NCBI GenBank assembly: GCA_000708835.1
Contig: DF236975.1
Coordinates: 1-64,000 of the forward strand
Direction of reading: 5' to 3'
Length of the DNA: 64,000 nucleotides
Source: Klebsormidium nitens
Taxonomy: Eukaryota; Plantae; Klebsormidiophyceae
Shown here piece after piece: positions 35,037 through 47,827 of the stretch. The translations under genes were made by a program, and so were the position numbers. Each line of letters opens with the position of its first letter. Within the stretch, counting starts at the first letter, position 1. The notes under the pieces were generated by a model. That model was not told where the DNA came from. It was given only the letters and a program-made list of their open reading frames with translations, and searched no databases.

Positions 35037-38000
35037 ATGGATACAAAGGACGATGTCAAGCCCGCAGCAGGGACCACCGGTCGTCCCGATGTGGACCGAG
35101 CGGCAGGGTATACCACCGGCCAGGTAAGCATCAATTGAATCAATCACATCCTCATGGAGTTTTCAAATTGTGGACATCACGAGTCTTGCCCTGTACGCCC
35201 ACCTCACATAAGTGGGGATAGTTCAACCAAAGGACAGTAAGCTTTCGATGATATGGTGGTGCAGTGTCGCTGGTTATGACCCTCGTTTGGGTTCTCAAAA
35301 AAATTCTAGAGGAGCACTCAAGAGACAGCATTGCAAGCCACACCTGTTGTAACAAACTGCTTGGATTGGAAACCCTTGACTTGAACACACGAGCAGCAAT
35401 TTTGCTGCAGAAACCTTCTTTCAGGAAGCTCCACCGTTACCATGCGTCGCACCGTGCTCCTATGGCATAATTCATGCGGAATCCCGCACTTGGTGCTGTC
35501 ACACACAGGCGAATAGCTGATTGCAACAGGTACAGTCAATTTTTCCTTGTGCCCCTTTTCGTCTCTCAGGACTCCATCCACGAACAACTCTTCCTCTTGC
35601 AGCTTGATACTGGCACACGTCCCTCAACTTCGGGCCGCCCCCCCCTCCCTTCTGGGGGTTCAGGTCGCAGGGCCCCAAACCTGGCTCGCGCTCGGCCCCC
35701 CAAAGCAGAAGAAAAAGTCAAACCAGACCCTGGACGGGTTCCCGAATCAGCCGCAGCCGCTGCGGGCGGGGTGCACCCTGGGAAAGTGATAGATGGATCT
35801 GAGGACAGCAAAGCGGACGTCAAGAGTGGTGTGGATGCCAAGTTGGCGGCCCAAGACGTGCGGGCAGCTTCGGACAAGGAGCTGGAGAGAGTGCTATACG
35901 ATCCGCAGAAGCTGACGCAGCCAATTAAGAGCGCAGTGGACAAGTTCGAGCTGCTGCCGGCCTTTCTCAAGGTGAGAGAAGCCATGGTGATTTGCGAGCT
36001 TGTGGATTCTGCTCATGGGTTTCTCCAAAATTTGTTGGATTAGCAGTTTCAGACCCTGTGTTGAAAGACCGTCAGAATGTTGAATGCGCGTGCGGTGCCT
36101 TGCAAAATGCTAGTAGAACCTCTGTAGGCTGTCTTGTCCAGTTCGCTATGCAATCGGATCCAGCTATGGAATTGATTGGGTGTGACACAGATTGCAGGGC
36201 CATTCTGATTCACCTTCTGATCCTACAAGGTAGTCAGCTTCAATGCTGGCCACATCTTATGTACTGGACCGCTGGAAGAGCTGGTTGATCTGCAGCATTG
36301 AGCTGTCGTGCAACCTCGAAGGCGTCTTGCACACACAGATCATGTGAAAGGATTGGAGAGGGAGGTAAGGAGCACCCAACGATAAAGAGGAACGAAAGAG
36401 CACGAAGTTGACTGAAAGGAATCTGCACCAAATTTGAAAGTGACTGGCCCTGCTTGCAGGTTCGCGGTCTGGTGAAGCAGCACATTGACTCGTTCAACTA
36501 CCTGATCAACTGCGAGCTCAAGAACATCATCCGCGCCAAGGCCAACGTCAAAGTCACCTGCGACACCGACCCCAACTTCTTCCTGCGCTACACCGACATC
36601 TATGTCGGGAAGCCCTGCATCGAAGTGGACCTCATCCAAGTAAGTCCAGTGCTTTCGTCATGAGACTCGTGCGTTCTGCGCCTGCTTCACGGTCTAGATA
36701 TATTGTTAGTGGTTCTGACAGATGCCAGTTCCTTGTCTTTCGTTCTTTTGTGCTCCATTGATTGCTGCCCTGGCCCCTGCTGACCCCATTGGTGTTTTGA
36801 TAAGGTCACGACTTGTCAAAAGTATTTATTTGCCATTCCCGAACATTCTTATAGAAGCGTACACAACTTTCTGCTCGTCTCCTGCTGCCTTACGTGGATT
36901 AGGTTGGTAGTAGAAATCGACGCAAGACAGTCTATGAAGCTTTCTTGTGTCTGAAGACGCAACGTCAGGTACATATGTTGTGGGTAAGGATCAGGATGCG
37001 TCGACCCGAAAACTGGTGTGATCCCTATCAACGTATTTGTACGAAACTCCCCCTGCCTTCCGGCTGTCGATCCTTCTGAACCGAATAACTTTTCTTGCCG
37101 GACCACATCAAGGATAGACTGAGTTCTTCGCATTTCTGTGTATCCTTATGACAGCAGCACGCGACAGTTTTTCCTGTAGATCCTGAGAACCTTGACACCC
37201 CGATATTCTAAAATCTGAAACCTGCAACGTCCGCAGGAGGGCATCACTCCTCAGAAGTGCCGGCTGCGCGACATGACGTACGCTGCGCCCATCAGCGTGG
37301 ATGTCGAGTACACACGTGGGAAGGAACTAGTGGTGCGGAAAGGGAAGGGCGGGCAGGGCGCGATTGTGATCGGGAGGATGCCACTTATGCTGAGGAGCAG
37401 CCGATGCGTGCTGAAGGACAAAAACGAGGAGGAGCTGGCGGAACTAGGTGAGGGCCAGGTCAACGGAGGGTGCTTTAAGTAGAGTGGTTTGTTCTTCTGC
37501 GAGGCAAACATTTAACGGCAGAGAGTGGGTTCGTAACGGCTAATGAAGTCGGAAATTGCCTCGAGCGTGCTGTCTCGCCAGGTGTAACCAAGAAGGCAAG
37601 ACGCCGATCAAGCGGACATAAAGACTGATTGTGAGAAGAGATTGATGATGACGCAAAAGTCACACTTTCCGTGGTCCAAGGGACTGACAAGTATGAGGTC
37701 TTGGGAGCTGCTTTGGCTTGTCTTACACAGACTAGCGAACGGTTGTGCTTCAGATCTGACTAGCAGGGGGAACTGTGTCGATTGCCCTTTCCTCTGGAAA
37801 AGCTTTCATCTTTGTTTCTTCGTCAGCGTTCTCAGGCACACCAACTCCCAAGAAGGGTTCCTTCTCTCAAAAAGGCCGTCAAATAACCGGTCCTTCTTAG
37901 CGACAGCCAAAGCTCAGCTAAGGCTTCGCGCTTGGTTCCTCAAGAATCATGTTGGTGCAAGTTTGCAGCGACACTTGGTCCAATTTACGGGCTGTGTGTT

Positions 38001-41000
38001 ACCAAAGAGCCACGTGAGAAAAGAGCCACGTGAGAAAACGCTTTCTCAAGCCATGTCCTATTGAACTTTCCAGGGGAGTGTCCGCTGGACCCCGGTGGAT
38101 ACTTCGTGGTACGTGGTACAGAGAAGGTAATTCTGATCCAGGAGCAGCTGTCCAAGAATCGCATCATCATCGATACGGACAACAACGGCAACGTCATGGC
38201 CAGCGTCACGAGCAGCACGCACGAGCGCAAGAGCAAGACCAACATCATCGTCAAAAATACCAGGATCTTCCTGCGGCACAACACGTTCGGGGACGAGGTA
38301 AGCGGCACATTCTGAACCAAGCTCAGAACCTTTTCCAAAGGTCTTAATCAAGGGAGTCCGATGGGTCCGTTTAGTCGGCAGAGGGTTATGCTGGCCGGCT
38401 GGAGACACGCTTATAGTCCGCTTTACAAAATGATTTTAGAAAGCTCACTGCCGGAAGGCTGTCCTTCCCTGGTTGGAATGGAAGAAAGCCGACAATACGA
38501 AGTCGATCTTTTTGCGGTTGCAGACCCCAACATTGATGTAGAATATACTTCGACTTGGTTTGACACCTCCCAAGCTGATTTTGCTCCGGTGCCCTTTCCG
38601 CTCTCAGGTCCCGATCGTGGTCGTTCTGAAAGCGATGGGCATGGCGAGCGACCAGGAGATTGTGCAGATGGTGGGAATGGACCCCGTCTACGCGGATCTG
38701 CTGGCGCCCTCCATTCAGGAGTGCGCTGCTCTGGGCATATTCACACAGCAGCAGGCGCTCGAGTACTGCGGGGCCAAGGTCAAGACGGGGCGCCAGATGT
38801 GGGTCAAGACGAAGCGGCACAAGGTGAGCGGTTCAAATGACTTTGACAACCGCTCCTGTCATCTGTTACACTTGTTCCGGATTTCTGGGTCTGAGGATCC
38901 ACCCGAGCTTCTGTGGGGTTCTGATCATGACCGAAAAGCTCTTTCATTGTTCACTTTGTTTGTATCTCGAGCCCGTGGCCATGTCACGTCTTCCAGTGAG
39001 TATCGTCAAAATTGGTGGAACGAGACTTACAAGCAGACCTGCTTGGCAAGCAGGCCTGCGTTTACCTTTCAAACGACGCAGTCAGTCGATGCAGATTCAA
39101 AACTTGAAACATCAGAAAAACTCCGGAGTGTCGTGTCATGTTCCTTTGCGGTGCTGCTTACAGTCTCATCATAGCATTGTCTCTTAAGAAGCACAGATCT
39201 CACTACTGCTCTCAAGAAACATTTCGTACTCCGTTTTCAATCCCCAAAAGCTGCACTTCCTGCATTTCTTCGTCCTGTACTGTTCCGTTCTGTTCGACTT
39301 GCGCAGTTTAGTCACGGTTTATGTCGATTACCGCTCCTCTTGAGAGGAGTGGCCCCCCACTTTCCGCAACACAACCCTGAACTTGTGCATTCCGTTTCCG
39401 TTTCGTTCCGTCAGGTGGAGGATTTGCGCGACATCCTGGCAAACGTGGCCCTGGCGCATGTGCCCGGCTACCGGGTTCGACCTGCTGCAGTCCAATCGCA
39501 AGAATATCTACGAAATTAATAATAAGTCTTGCTTTCTCGCAAGGAGTGGGCCCCAATCTTTCAGCATCAAATAACCCCAAACATACGCATTCCGTTTCCG
39601 TTCCGTTCCGCCAGGTGGACGAGGCCCGCGACATCCTTTCAAACGTGGTGCTCGCCCACGTGCCGGTGAACCGGTTCGACTTCAAGGGCAAGTGCATCTA
39701 CATCGGTGTCATGATCCGGCGCATGCTGGAGGCGATTCTGAACAAGGACGCCGTCGATGACAAGGACTACTACGGCAACAAGCGGCTGGAGCTTGCCGGA
39801 CAGCTGCTTTCCCTGCTGTTCGAGGTGAGTTCTGACCGAAGAATCTGCTCACCGGTTCTTAAAATTAGGAACGTAGGCTCTTACCAAGATGACATTGTCG
39901 CGTGTTGCCCTTTCAGCGGCCTTCTGACGGGGTCTTGTTCTCTTTTCAGCGTACTTCTGACGGGATCTTGGTAGATTACCTGGGTTGGTATCCCTGCGCT
40001 CTGAAGTTAACCCGTCGGTGTATTGCTTTGGTCACAAAGTTGTCTGCAAAGAGCCTTTTATCTCGACTCATCTACTCTGTATTCAAAATCATTTCAGTTG
40101 CGGTGGAAAGACGTCGCCGACGAACTCAGGATCTGACGACAAGACCATCAGGTTCCATCGATTGAGCGGAAGAGAACGCAGACAAGCAAGCCCCTTGACT
40201 TTCTCAAATGCAGGACCTGTTCAAGCGCATGAACAGCGACCTGCGCAAGGAGACGGATAAGGCGCTGTCCAAGGCCAACCGGTCGACGCTCTTCGACGTC
40301 GTCAAGTGCATAAAGCCGGACACGATCACTAAAGGCCTGGAGCACGCGATCTCGAGCGGCAACTGGACCGTCAAGCGGTTCCGTATGGACAGGAAGGGAG
40401 TCACGCAGGTGAGAGACGTAAAGGTTGACATTCGTGAATATACAACATTGGTAGGGGATATAGAACATTGGTATTGGATCTATGTTTGGGCGAGCGTTGT
40501 GTGGATTCTTCAAGGCTGCCGCTCTTTCGTATGTACCACCTATGTTTCAATGTGGGATATTGGGACTCGCGGAGCAAGCACTTCATCGTCAAGCGTGCTT
40601 CGAAGCATCAGCATAGTTTCGACTTTGCGGACTTTCATTCGGCAGGTTTTGCGAGTCCTTTGAGCCAAACTCGCTGCACTTGCGACCTGACCTCTGATCC
40701 TCATTGTCAATGGTTGAATTGTGGCCAAACGGAGGTTCTGGGATTATATGCAGGTGCTGTCCCGGCTGTCCTTCATCGCGGCCCTGGGCCACATGACGAG
40801 GATCACGTCCCAGTTTGAAAAGACGCGGAAAGTCAGCGGACCCCGCGCTCTGCAACCCAGCCAGGTGAGCGAGTGTTTCGCAGAAAGGCGGCTACTGTTT
40901 TTTTGTCCAGTCAATATGTGTCAGATTGGCTGTGCACTTTTCCGAATGATCGCCTTTCGTCAGAATTCCTAAAGGATTAAGATTCTGCAGGGAGAGTTGT

Positions 41001-44000
41001 GAGCTTGCCTAGTGTCGTCCCTTGCTTTGTCTCTTGCCAGACCCCAGGACGTCGCACCTTAAATGTCCTCATCGAAGTCAAGTAAAGTCAGTAAGTGTCT
41101 GCTTACCGCGCTTGAGCTCTTCTGTTGCCCTCCCGCTTCTCTTGCTGTGCTTCAGGACGGTCCCTCGATCGCCCTCTTTCGAAAGGTATTTGCTCCGCGT
41201 TGCTCGATCGGTTCGTAAGTTTCAAAGTGTTTTGTACTCTCTGACCTGCTAACGTTTTCTATTTCCAGTGGGGCATGCTTTGTCCGTCCGACACTCCCGA
41301 AGGCGAGGCGTGCGGCCTGGTGAAGAACCTGGCGCTCATGACGCACGTGACCACCGACGAAGAGGAAGGACCCATCGTTAGGCTGGTAAGACGATTCCGC
41401 TTTTCCTTGACCTTTTTGGACGCCTGCAAAGGTCACTTTGAGAAATTGACTGCTCGCAAAATGTTAAGGATCTGGGATGAAAGCGCGGAGTAGCGTTCAT
41501 GGAAAACCTCACGAAAGGTCCAATCTAACACATAAGCCGCACTCGAGGGTTGCGGTGTTTGCTCGCTTCTCCTAAGCCCTGTGTTGAGTCGTCATATTCA
41601 ACTCTGTAACTGTTTCATATCAGCGGATGAACTGGGAAAATATCCAATTTTCTTTATATTCCGTGATGCCCGCAACGCACTCCATTTGCGACGTTCTTCA
41701 ATCAACTCGAAGTTTCGCCCCCTATTGACGGCAGGCCTCCTTTCATTCAAGACCCCGCAGCTTTACAACCCGGCTTTGGAGATGTTCACGACAGGCTTCA
41801 GCGGTGGGCCTGGAAGGGCTGATGACACAACAATACCCGCATCTGTTGACCAGCATTCTGACCCGGCCCCTTTCTTGCGATGGCAGGCTTCAACGCTGGG
41901 GGTGGAAGAGCTGGCGCTGCTGTCCGGCGCGGAGCTCCACGCGCCCAGCAGCTACCTCGTCTTCCTCAACGGAAGCATCTTAGGTGTACATAGAAAACCG
42001 CACAAGCTCGCAGGTAAGACGCCTCCGCTAAGAAAGGCAAAAAAGGTATCGGTGGACCTTCTTGAAAGTGTACGTTGTATTCAGCCTCGCATAGCAACTG
42101 CATTCGTCCCTGGTGTAATGCAGTTTCTCAAAGCTTTGAAAGCGAATGAGAATTCCCCTTGATGCCAGGCCCTTCTTGCTCAAGCTGATAGTACATGAAG
42201 TCCCATATGACTGCTTTCCTATTTAGGTCCCTCCAAATCCCTTCAAATCCGGAACGGAACATGCAATATTTCACCCTCTCGTGATAGCTCCGAGATCCGG
42301 TTCGCACGTTGTAAAGTAACCCCTGACAATCTCGGGAAAGACTATTACAGCCTTTACTCCCCCTCCCCAGATGCCATTCGGAGGCTCCGGCGTGCGGGTA
42401 GAGTAGGAGAGTTCGTGTCCGTCCATGTACATACCGGACAGAAGTGCGTCTACATCGCGTCGGACGGCGGCCGCGTGTGCCGCCCGCTCGTGATTGCGGA
42501 CAAGGGGGTTTCGCGCGTCAAGGCGCACCATATGGAGGAGTTACGGGAGGGGTATCGCACGTTTGACGACTTTTTGAGGGAGGGGCTGGTGGAGTATCTC
42601 GACGTGAACGAGGAGAATAACAGTCTGGTGAGTTGTTCTGGGGTTTCGGATTAGGCAGTCTGGGCAGATTCTTTTCTAAACCGTATGGAGGAATTTCGGG
42701 AGGGGTACCGCATGTTTTACGACTTTCTGAGGGAGGGGCTGGTGGAGTATCTCGACGTGAACAAGGAGCTGATGTCCGTTGAGTCATTTTCTCATCGCAC
42801 GAGTTCTCAGTCTTGCTGCCTGGGCGGTGAAGGCTTTCTGTCTTTTTACATCTTTATGGAAGGGCTATTATGCGGCTACCAAACATGGTCAGAGAAGGTC
42901 CAAGTTGGACAGCGGAGTGTGAATTAGAATGTGGAGATGGGGCCATGCTTTCTAGACGGCTTTCTAGACGATACTGGGCTTTAAGAGCGGGGAGAGTGGT
43001 TCTGCTTTTACTGACGCTCGACCAACGCCCCCTTTTTGCATCTGCGCAGATTGCCATGTACGAATGCGACGCCGGCCCAGACAACACCCACATCGAGATC
43101 GAGCCGTTCACAATCCTGGGGGTCTGCGCCGGGCTGATTCCATACCCCCACCACAACCAGTCTCCGCGAAACACGTACCAGTGCGCTATGGGCAAGCAGG
43201 CGATGGGCAACATAGCGTATAACCAGCTGTACCGGATGGATACGCTATTGTACCTCCTGGTATACCCGCAGAGGCCGTTGCTGACCACCAAGACGATCGG
43301 CCTGGTAAGGCGCAGACAACAGGTTGCGCTTGCATCTACTTATCCGGCTTTCGCATCCCCGTTCCGAGGGCATCGCTGCCTGGCTTTGCAAGAAGTTTGT
43401 TTCATTTTAGGCGGCCACGAAGGTGCATCAAGAACTGTCTGATCCTCAAAGCGGACCCAATCGACCAAGCGTTTTGGCTGTGTCATCTCTTGGGACCATC
43501 CTCGAACAGATTATTGCAAGCGATAATCGAGCTGTTAAGCTTCGCAGACCCACTTCAAGGTATCAAGAATATGTGATTGAGTCAAGATGATATCTGGAAA
43601 GGAATACATTCCAACGCAAGGGAAGCGCTGAAGAAATCCAGTGCATGCGGTTCGATGCTTAAAGAGCGCCTCAATCGCTTTCGGCAGCCCCGATCCTTAA
43701 CCCGTCCACAGAGAAGCCTCGACAGAGCCGGTGAATGCCAGGATGTCACGTCGGCTGCTGGTGTCATGCACTGAGCTGATCATCTGAAAGTGACGATCTT
43801 GGAAAAACAAGCCGATCCGCACCCCTCCGTGCAATTGGCCTTGACAGATCAGTGGGTTATTACAGTTAGCTTCAGTCTCTCAACAGGGCTTTGCTCACCT
43901 TTTTCCGCAGATTGGCTTCGACAAGCTAGGTGCGGGGCAGAACGCCACCGTGGCCGTCATGAGCTACAGCGGGTACGACATCGAAGACGCGATCGTGATG

Positions 44001-46465
44001 AACAAGGCGTCCCTCGACCGCGGGTTCGGCCGGTGCATCGTCATCCGCCGCTATGCAACGTCCCTCCGAAAATACGCGAACCGCACGCAGGATCGGATCG
44101 TCGCGCCCCCGGGGGGATCCCTCGGCGCGAGCCAACGGTACGCGCTGCTCGACGCCGACGGGATCGCGGCGGCCGGAGAAATGATTCGCCCGGGTGACGT
44201 GTACGTGAATAAGCAGAGCCCGAAGAACACGCGCGAGATGGACGTGCCGAACCCCGCCAACCTGCCGGACAGGTAAGGACCGCCGTCCGAAAGCGTCCGA
44301 ATTGCCTGGTCACTTTGTCTGCATCTCCGATATGTTTCCTCGTGACTTGAGTTGTATGTGACCGCTCAAGAGTGGGTCCACCTTGTGTACGCAACGCTTC
44401 GGCCAATATCGGAACGAGCCTCGACTCTCCAAAAGCGTCTGCAAAGTGGTTCTCTGTATATCAGAGCGCTGTGGTCGAGAGTAGAGGACCCGAAAAGGAA
44501 TTGCCGATGTTGGACCGGATCATGCGGCGCGTCGTAGATGGTATCCACCTTGAAGGACCTTGAAGGCGCTTCATCGAAGACATCACCGCTGTCTCTACAT
44601 TTGAACAAGATAGAGAATTCTATCCAGGACCCATTTGAGTACAGGAACTCAGTCTTAAACTGTTCTTTCCTTTGCAGCTTCTTCAAGGCCACCCCCCAAA
44701 CGTACAAAGGCCCCGCCGGCGAGACCGCTGTCGTGGACAAGGTGCTGATCACCAGCAACGACGAGAACCAGTTCGTCGTCAAGGCCTTAGTTCGCCACAC
44801 GCGGCGCCCGGAAGTGGGCGACAAGTTTTCGAGCCGGCACGGGCAGAAGGGCGTGTGCGGGACGATCGTGCAACAGGAGGACTTTCCGTTCTCGGAGCGA
44901 GGGATCTGCCCCGACCTCATTATGAACCCGCACGGCTTCCCCAGGTCCGTGACCACCTTTTCCTCAGGGAGCTCTTCCAGCTAGTTCTGGATGCTTGGCT
45001 CCACTGCTGTCTGTTCGCATCCCCGTTTTGCTTGCGTCCGTGCCTGTGTTTGCACTGCTTTTGTGACGGCAGAAAGTAGGATAAAGGTAGGCAAACAGTA
45101 GGCGCGACAGGAGGCGTGCTACAACCCAGTCTCCCGCTTTGCACTTTGCGTGCCTGAGAGGCGTCACAGTTCCTGAGGTTTAGAACGACTTTGAAAGTCT
45201 TGACGTTGCTGTCATTCTGGTTCTTACCAGACCGGACAACTGGCTCTGAGCGGCTTTCTTTGTTGTCACATTCCGCGAAGGTCGGATTTTTGTTCGAAGC
45301 AAGCTACTTTCAACCTGTCTTCTGGAATCGAAAAGCATAATATGTATTTAAAGAGGGTACAACGCAGTACGCAGGACAATCAACGGAGATTACCAGCTTT
45401 TGCAAAGTGGCCGACCTTGAGTAACCCGATTCCCTTGTCCTCTTTCGCAGCCGCATGACTGTCGGCAAAATGATCGAGCTCCTGGGCTCTAAGGCGGGCG
45501 TCTGCAGCGGCCGGTTTCACTACGGCACCGCGTTCGGTGAACCGAGCGGTCACGCCGACACCGTCGAAGCGATTAGCGCGACTCTGGTGCAGCACGGGTT
45601 TAGTTACAGCGGCAAGGACTTCCTCTACTCGGGGATCAGCGGGGAGCCGCTCCAGGCGTACATATTCATGGGGCCGGTGTATTACCAGAAGCTGAAGCAT
45701 ATGGTGAGGAGTGTTTGGTGGCCTTTTGCTTTTGCTACAAATGGATGCTTCTTCGAAACCTTACGGCGGATGCTTCTTCGGAACGTTACGGCCGAAAAAT
45801 TCGGTGAGACTGCTTCTTGGAACAATAAAATTAATCGATTGCGTGCTCATCACCTCCTTCTTGTTTGAGAAAACGAAGGCGTGGCAGATTTTGCCGGAAA
45901 TAGCTGCCAGCTGGCTAGCTGTGCTCCTCAGCTCGCTTCCGTTTATTGATCAGGTCGATCTTGAGCTTTGGCTTTCTTGTCGCTCAGGGTTTGCGGGCCT
46001 GCTTCGTCCATTTGGCCAACTTATCAATGCGGAGTTCATATGACCTGAGCCCCCTGGAAATTGAAGTCTCAATCTTACACATCCTTGTACCCCCAGGTTC
46101 TCGATAAGATGCACGCGCGCGCAAAGGGCCCCCGTGTCGTCCTCACGAGACAACCGACCGAGGGGCGCAGCCGCGACGGCGGGCTCCGGCTGGGGGAGAT
46201 GGAGCGCGACTGCCTCATAGCTTATGGGGCGAGCATGATGATCTTGGAGCGGCTTATGATCTCCAGCGATCAGTTCGAGGTGCAAGTGTGCACGAAATGC
46301 GGGTTGCTAGGGTACTTCGACAAGAAGCTGAAAGCCGGCTTCTGCTCGTACTGTAAGAATAGCCAGAATATAGCCACGATGAAGCTGCCGTACGCGTGTA
46401 AGCTGCTGTTCCAAGAGCTGCAGTCGATGAACATCGTGCCAAGGCTAAACCTGACAGAAGCGTGA
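35037..46465 (+). CDS. NRPC2: DNA-directed RNA polymerase III second-largest subunit
   Basis: About 18 exons. Motifs [132 protein letters not shown], ends [24 protein letters not shown]. Confidence 0.97.
39385..39519 (+). pseudogene. Diverged duplicate of the 5' half of the RPC2 exon starting at 39615, including its acceptor
   Basis: Lies exactly 200 bp upstream. [17 protein letters not shown] vs [18 protein letters not shown] 1-nt insertion is followed by TAA at 39517. Confidence 0.75.
42685..42768 (+). repeat. Intronic duplicate of RPC2 exon segment 42532..42615
   Basis: 153-bp offset. [28 protein letters not shown] vs [28 protein letters not shown]. Confidence 0.9.
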
Positions 46466-46595
46466 AGAAAAGCTATGTCATCGAGTAGCTTCGTATCTGT
46501 GTCAAGCACGCGCGGAGGATCTCAGGATTTCAGTTTCTTGATCATCTTGCTCTATATTCTTGAGTCCTTGTGTTTGGTATCGGTCACCGCCCAGG

Positions 46596-46658
46596 CAAGG
46601 GTGCCGTCAAACCCTTGCAAGGGTGCCGTCAAACCCTTGCAAGGGTGCCGTCAAACCC
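46596..46658. repeat. 22-bp tandem repeat x~2.9 of a self-complementary unit in the RPC2 3' region
   Basis: CAAGGGTGCCGTCAAACCCTTG; each unit has CAAGGG/CCCTTG arms. Confidence 0.9.
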
Positions 46659-47827
46659 AGTCAAGATGCATCTAGGGTATCAGCCCTTGCAAAAGGAACC
46701 GGTCTAGGCGATAATCTTGTCCCAAGCATCATCGTATGCTTCAATTGGCACAGTAGTTGTGCTCATGATATTGAACATGCAAGAGTCCACGTAATGCATG
46801 ATTCATATATCACCTGCATCCGACAATTCGAGATCATGTCAGTCACAGGCTATAATGTAGGCTTTGGGCCCGCGTGTTAAATGGTACTAGCCTGCTGGAC
46901 GCTGACGTAACCTTCGATTCGCTTGGGGATAGATCATGCGCATAACCGGGCGTTATGTCAGTTCATCGTGCAACTTCGATCGAGTGACGGAGCCATGGGT
47001 CCCCGCTTGACATGATAAGCTGCATGAACAAACCTCTCGCACAATGTGACGACAGTGATCGAAGGCCGGACGCGATCATTTACGGAAGCTAAAAGCCGTG
47101 ATACAGATCTAGGCAGTGCAAGATAGTCAATCTTCATCAAGCGTGCGCCGCTTCTCAGCTAGCTAGCCTCAAAACAAACCGCAAACCCATGCACCATGCC
47201 AGATGTCGCTGTCTCAAGACTGAAAGCGCGACCGTTTGATCTGGTAAGCTCCGAGCTTCGTTCGGCTGTTGCATTGAACGGATTGAGCTGTCAGCGGCAA
47301 ATGATTGAAGCTTAAAACTTGTTGAGTTTGTACATCAGGCTTATGGTGGAAACTTCGCCGCGTTTAGCTGAAGCAGTGAGAGCTTAAGCATCGTGCACCT
47401 ATAGCATTGTGTGCGTTGAGGTGAGCTCATGCGCTGCCAGCCGTCTGGCACTTAATTGAAGCCTGCACATACGGGAATTATATATGTGAATACCTGGAGA
47501 CTCGCCCGGGCAGCGCGCGTTATAGATGCTCTTACCAACTCAGCACATGGCTTCGCAAGCCTGTGTTAAGACACACATGCTCATTATACCCATTCCAACA
47601 AGGATCGCCATTGTTACGGAGAAAGGATAACAGCGGGGCATGCGGTACATGTCTATTGTACCGGTTATAAACGATGGGTTCTAGGGTGTACTCAAGTTAT
47701 ATACAGCAACGAGGACCAAGGCTGTTGTTAAAAAAAAAACGAAGCAGTCTCACAAGGACGATTGCTACCCGATCGTAACGTGCGTGTAAATGCTGGACAG
47801 GAGCACTGCAGATTAAAGCTCCAGATC

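Noticed and set aside
38027-38043. Short intronic tandem duplications (16 bp here, ~33 bp at ~39915, ~13 bp at ~42950)
   Set aside because: Ordinary slippage products, noted only as context.
46596-46658. CRISPR-like palindromic repeat
   Set aside because: Units abut with no spacers, and the context is eukaryotic with no cas genes.
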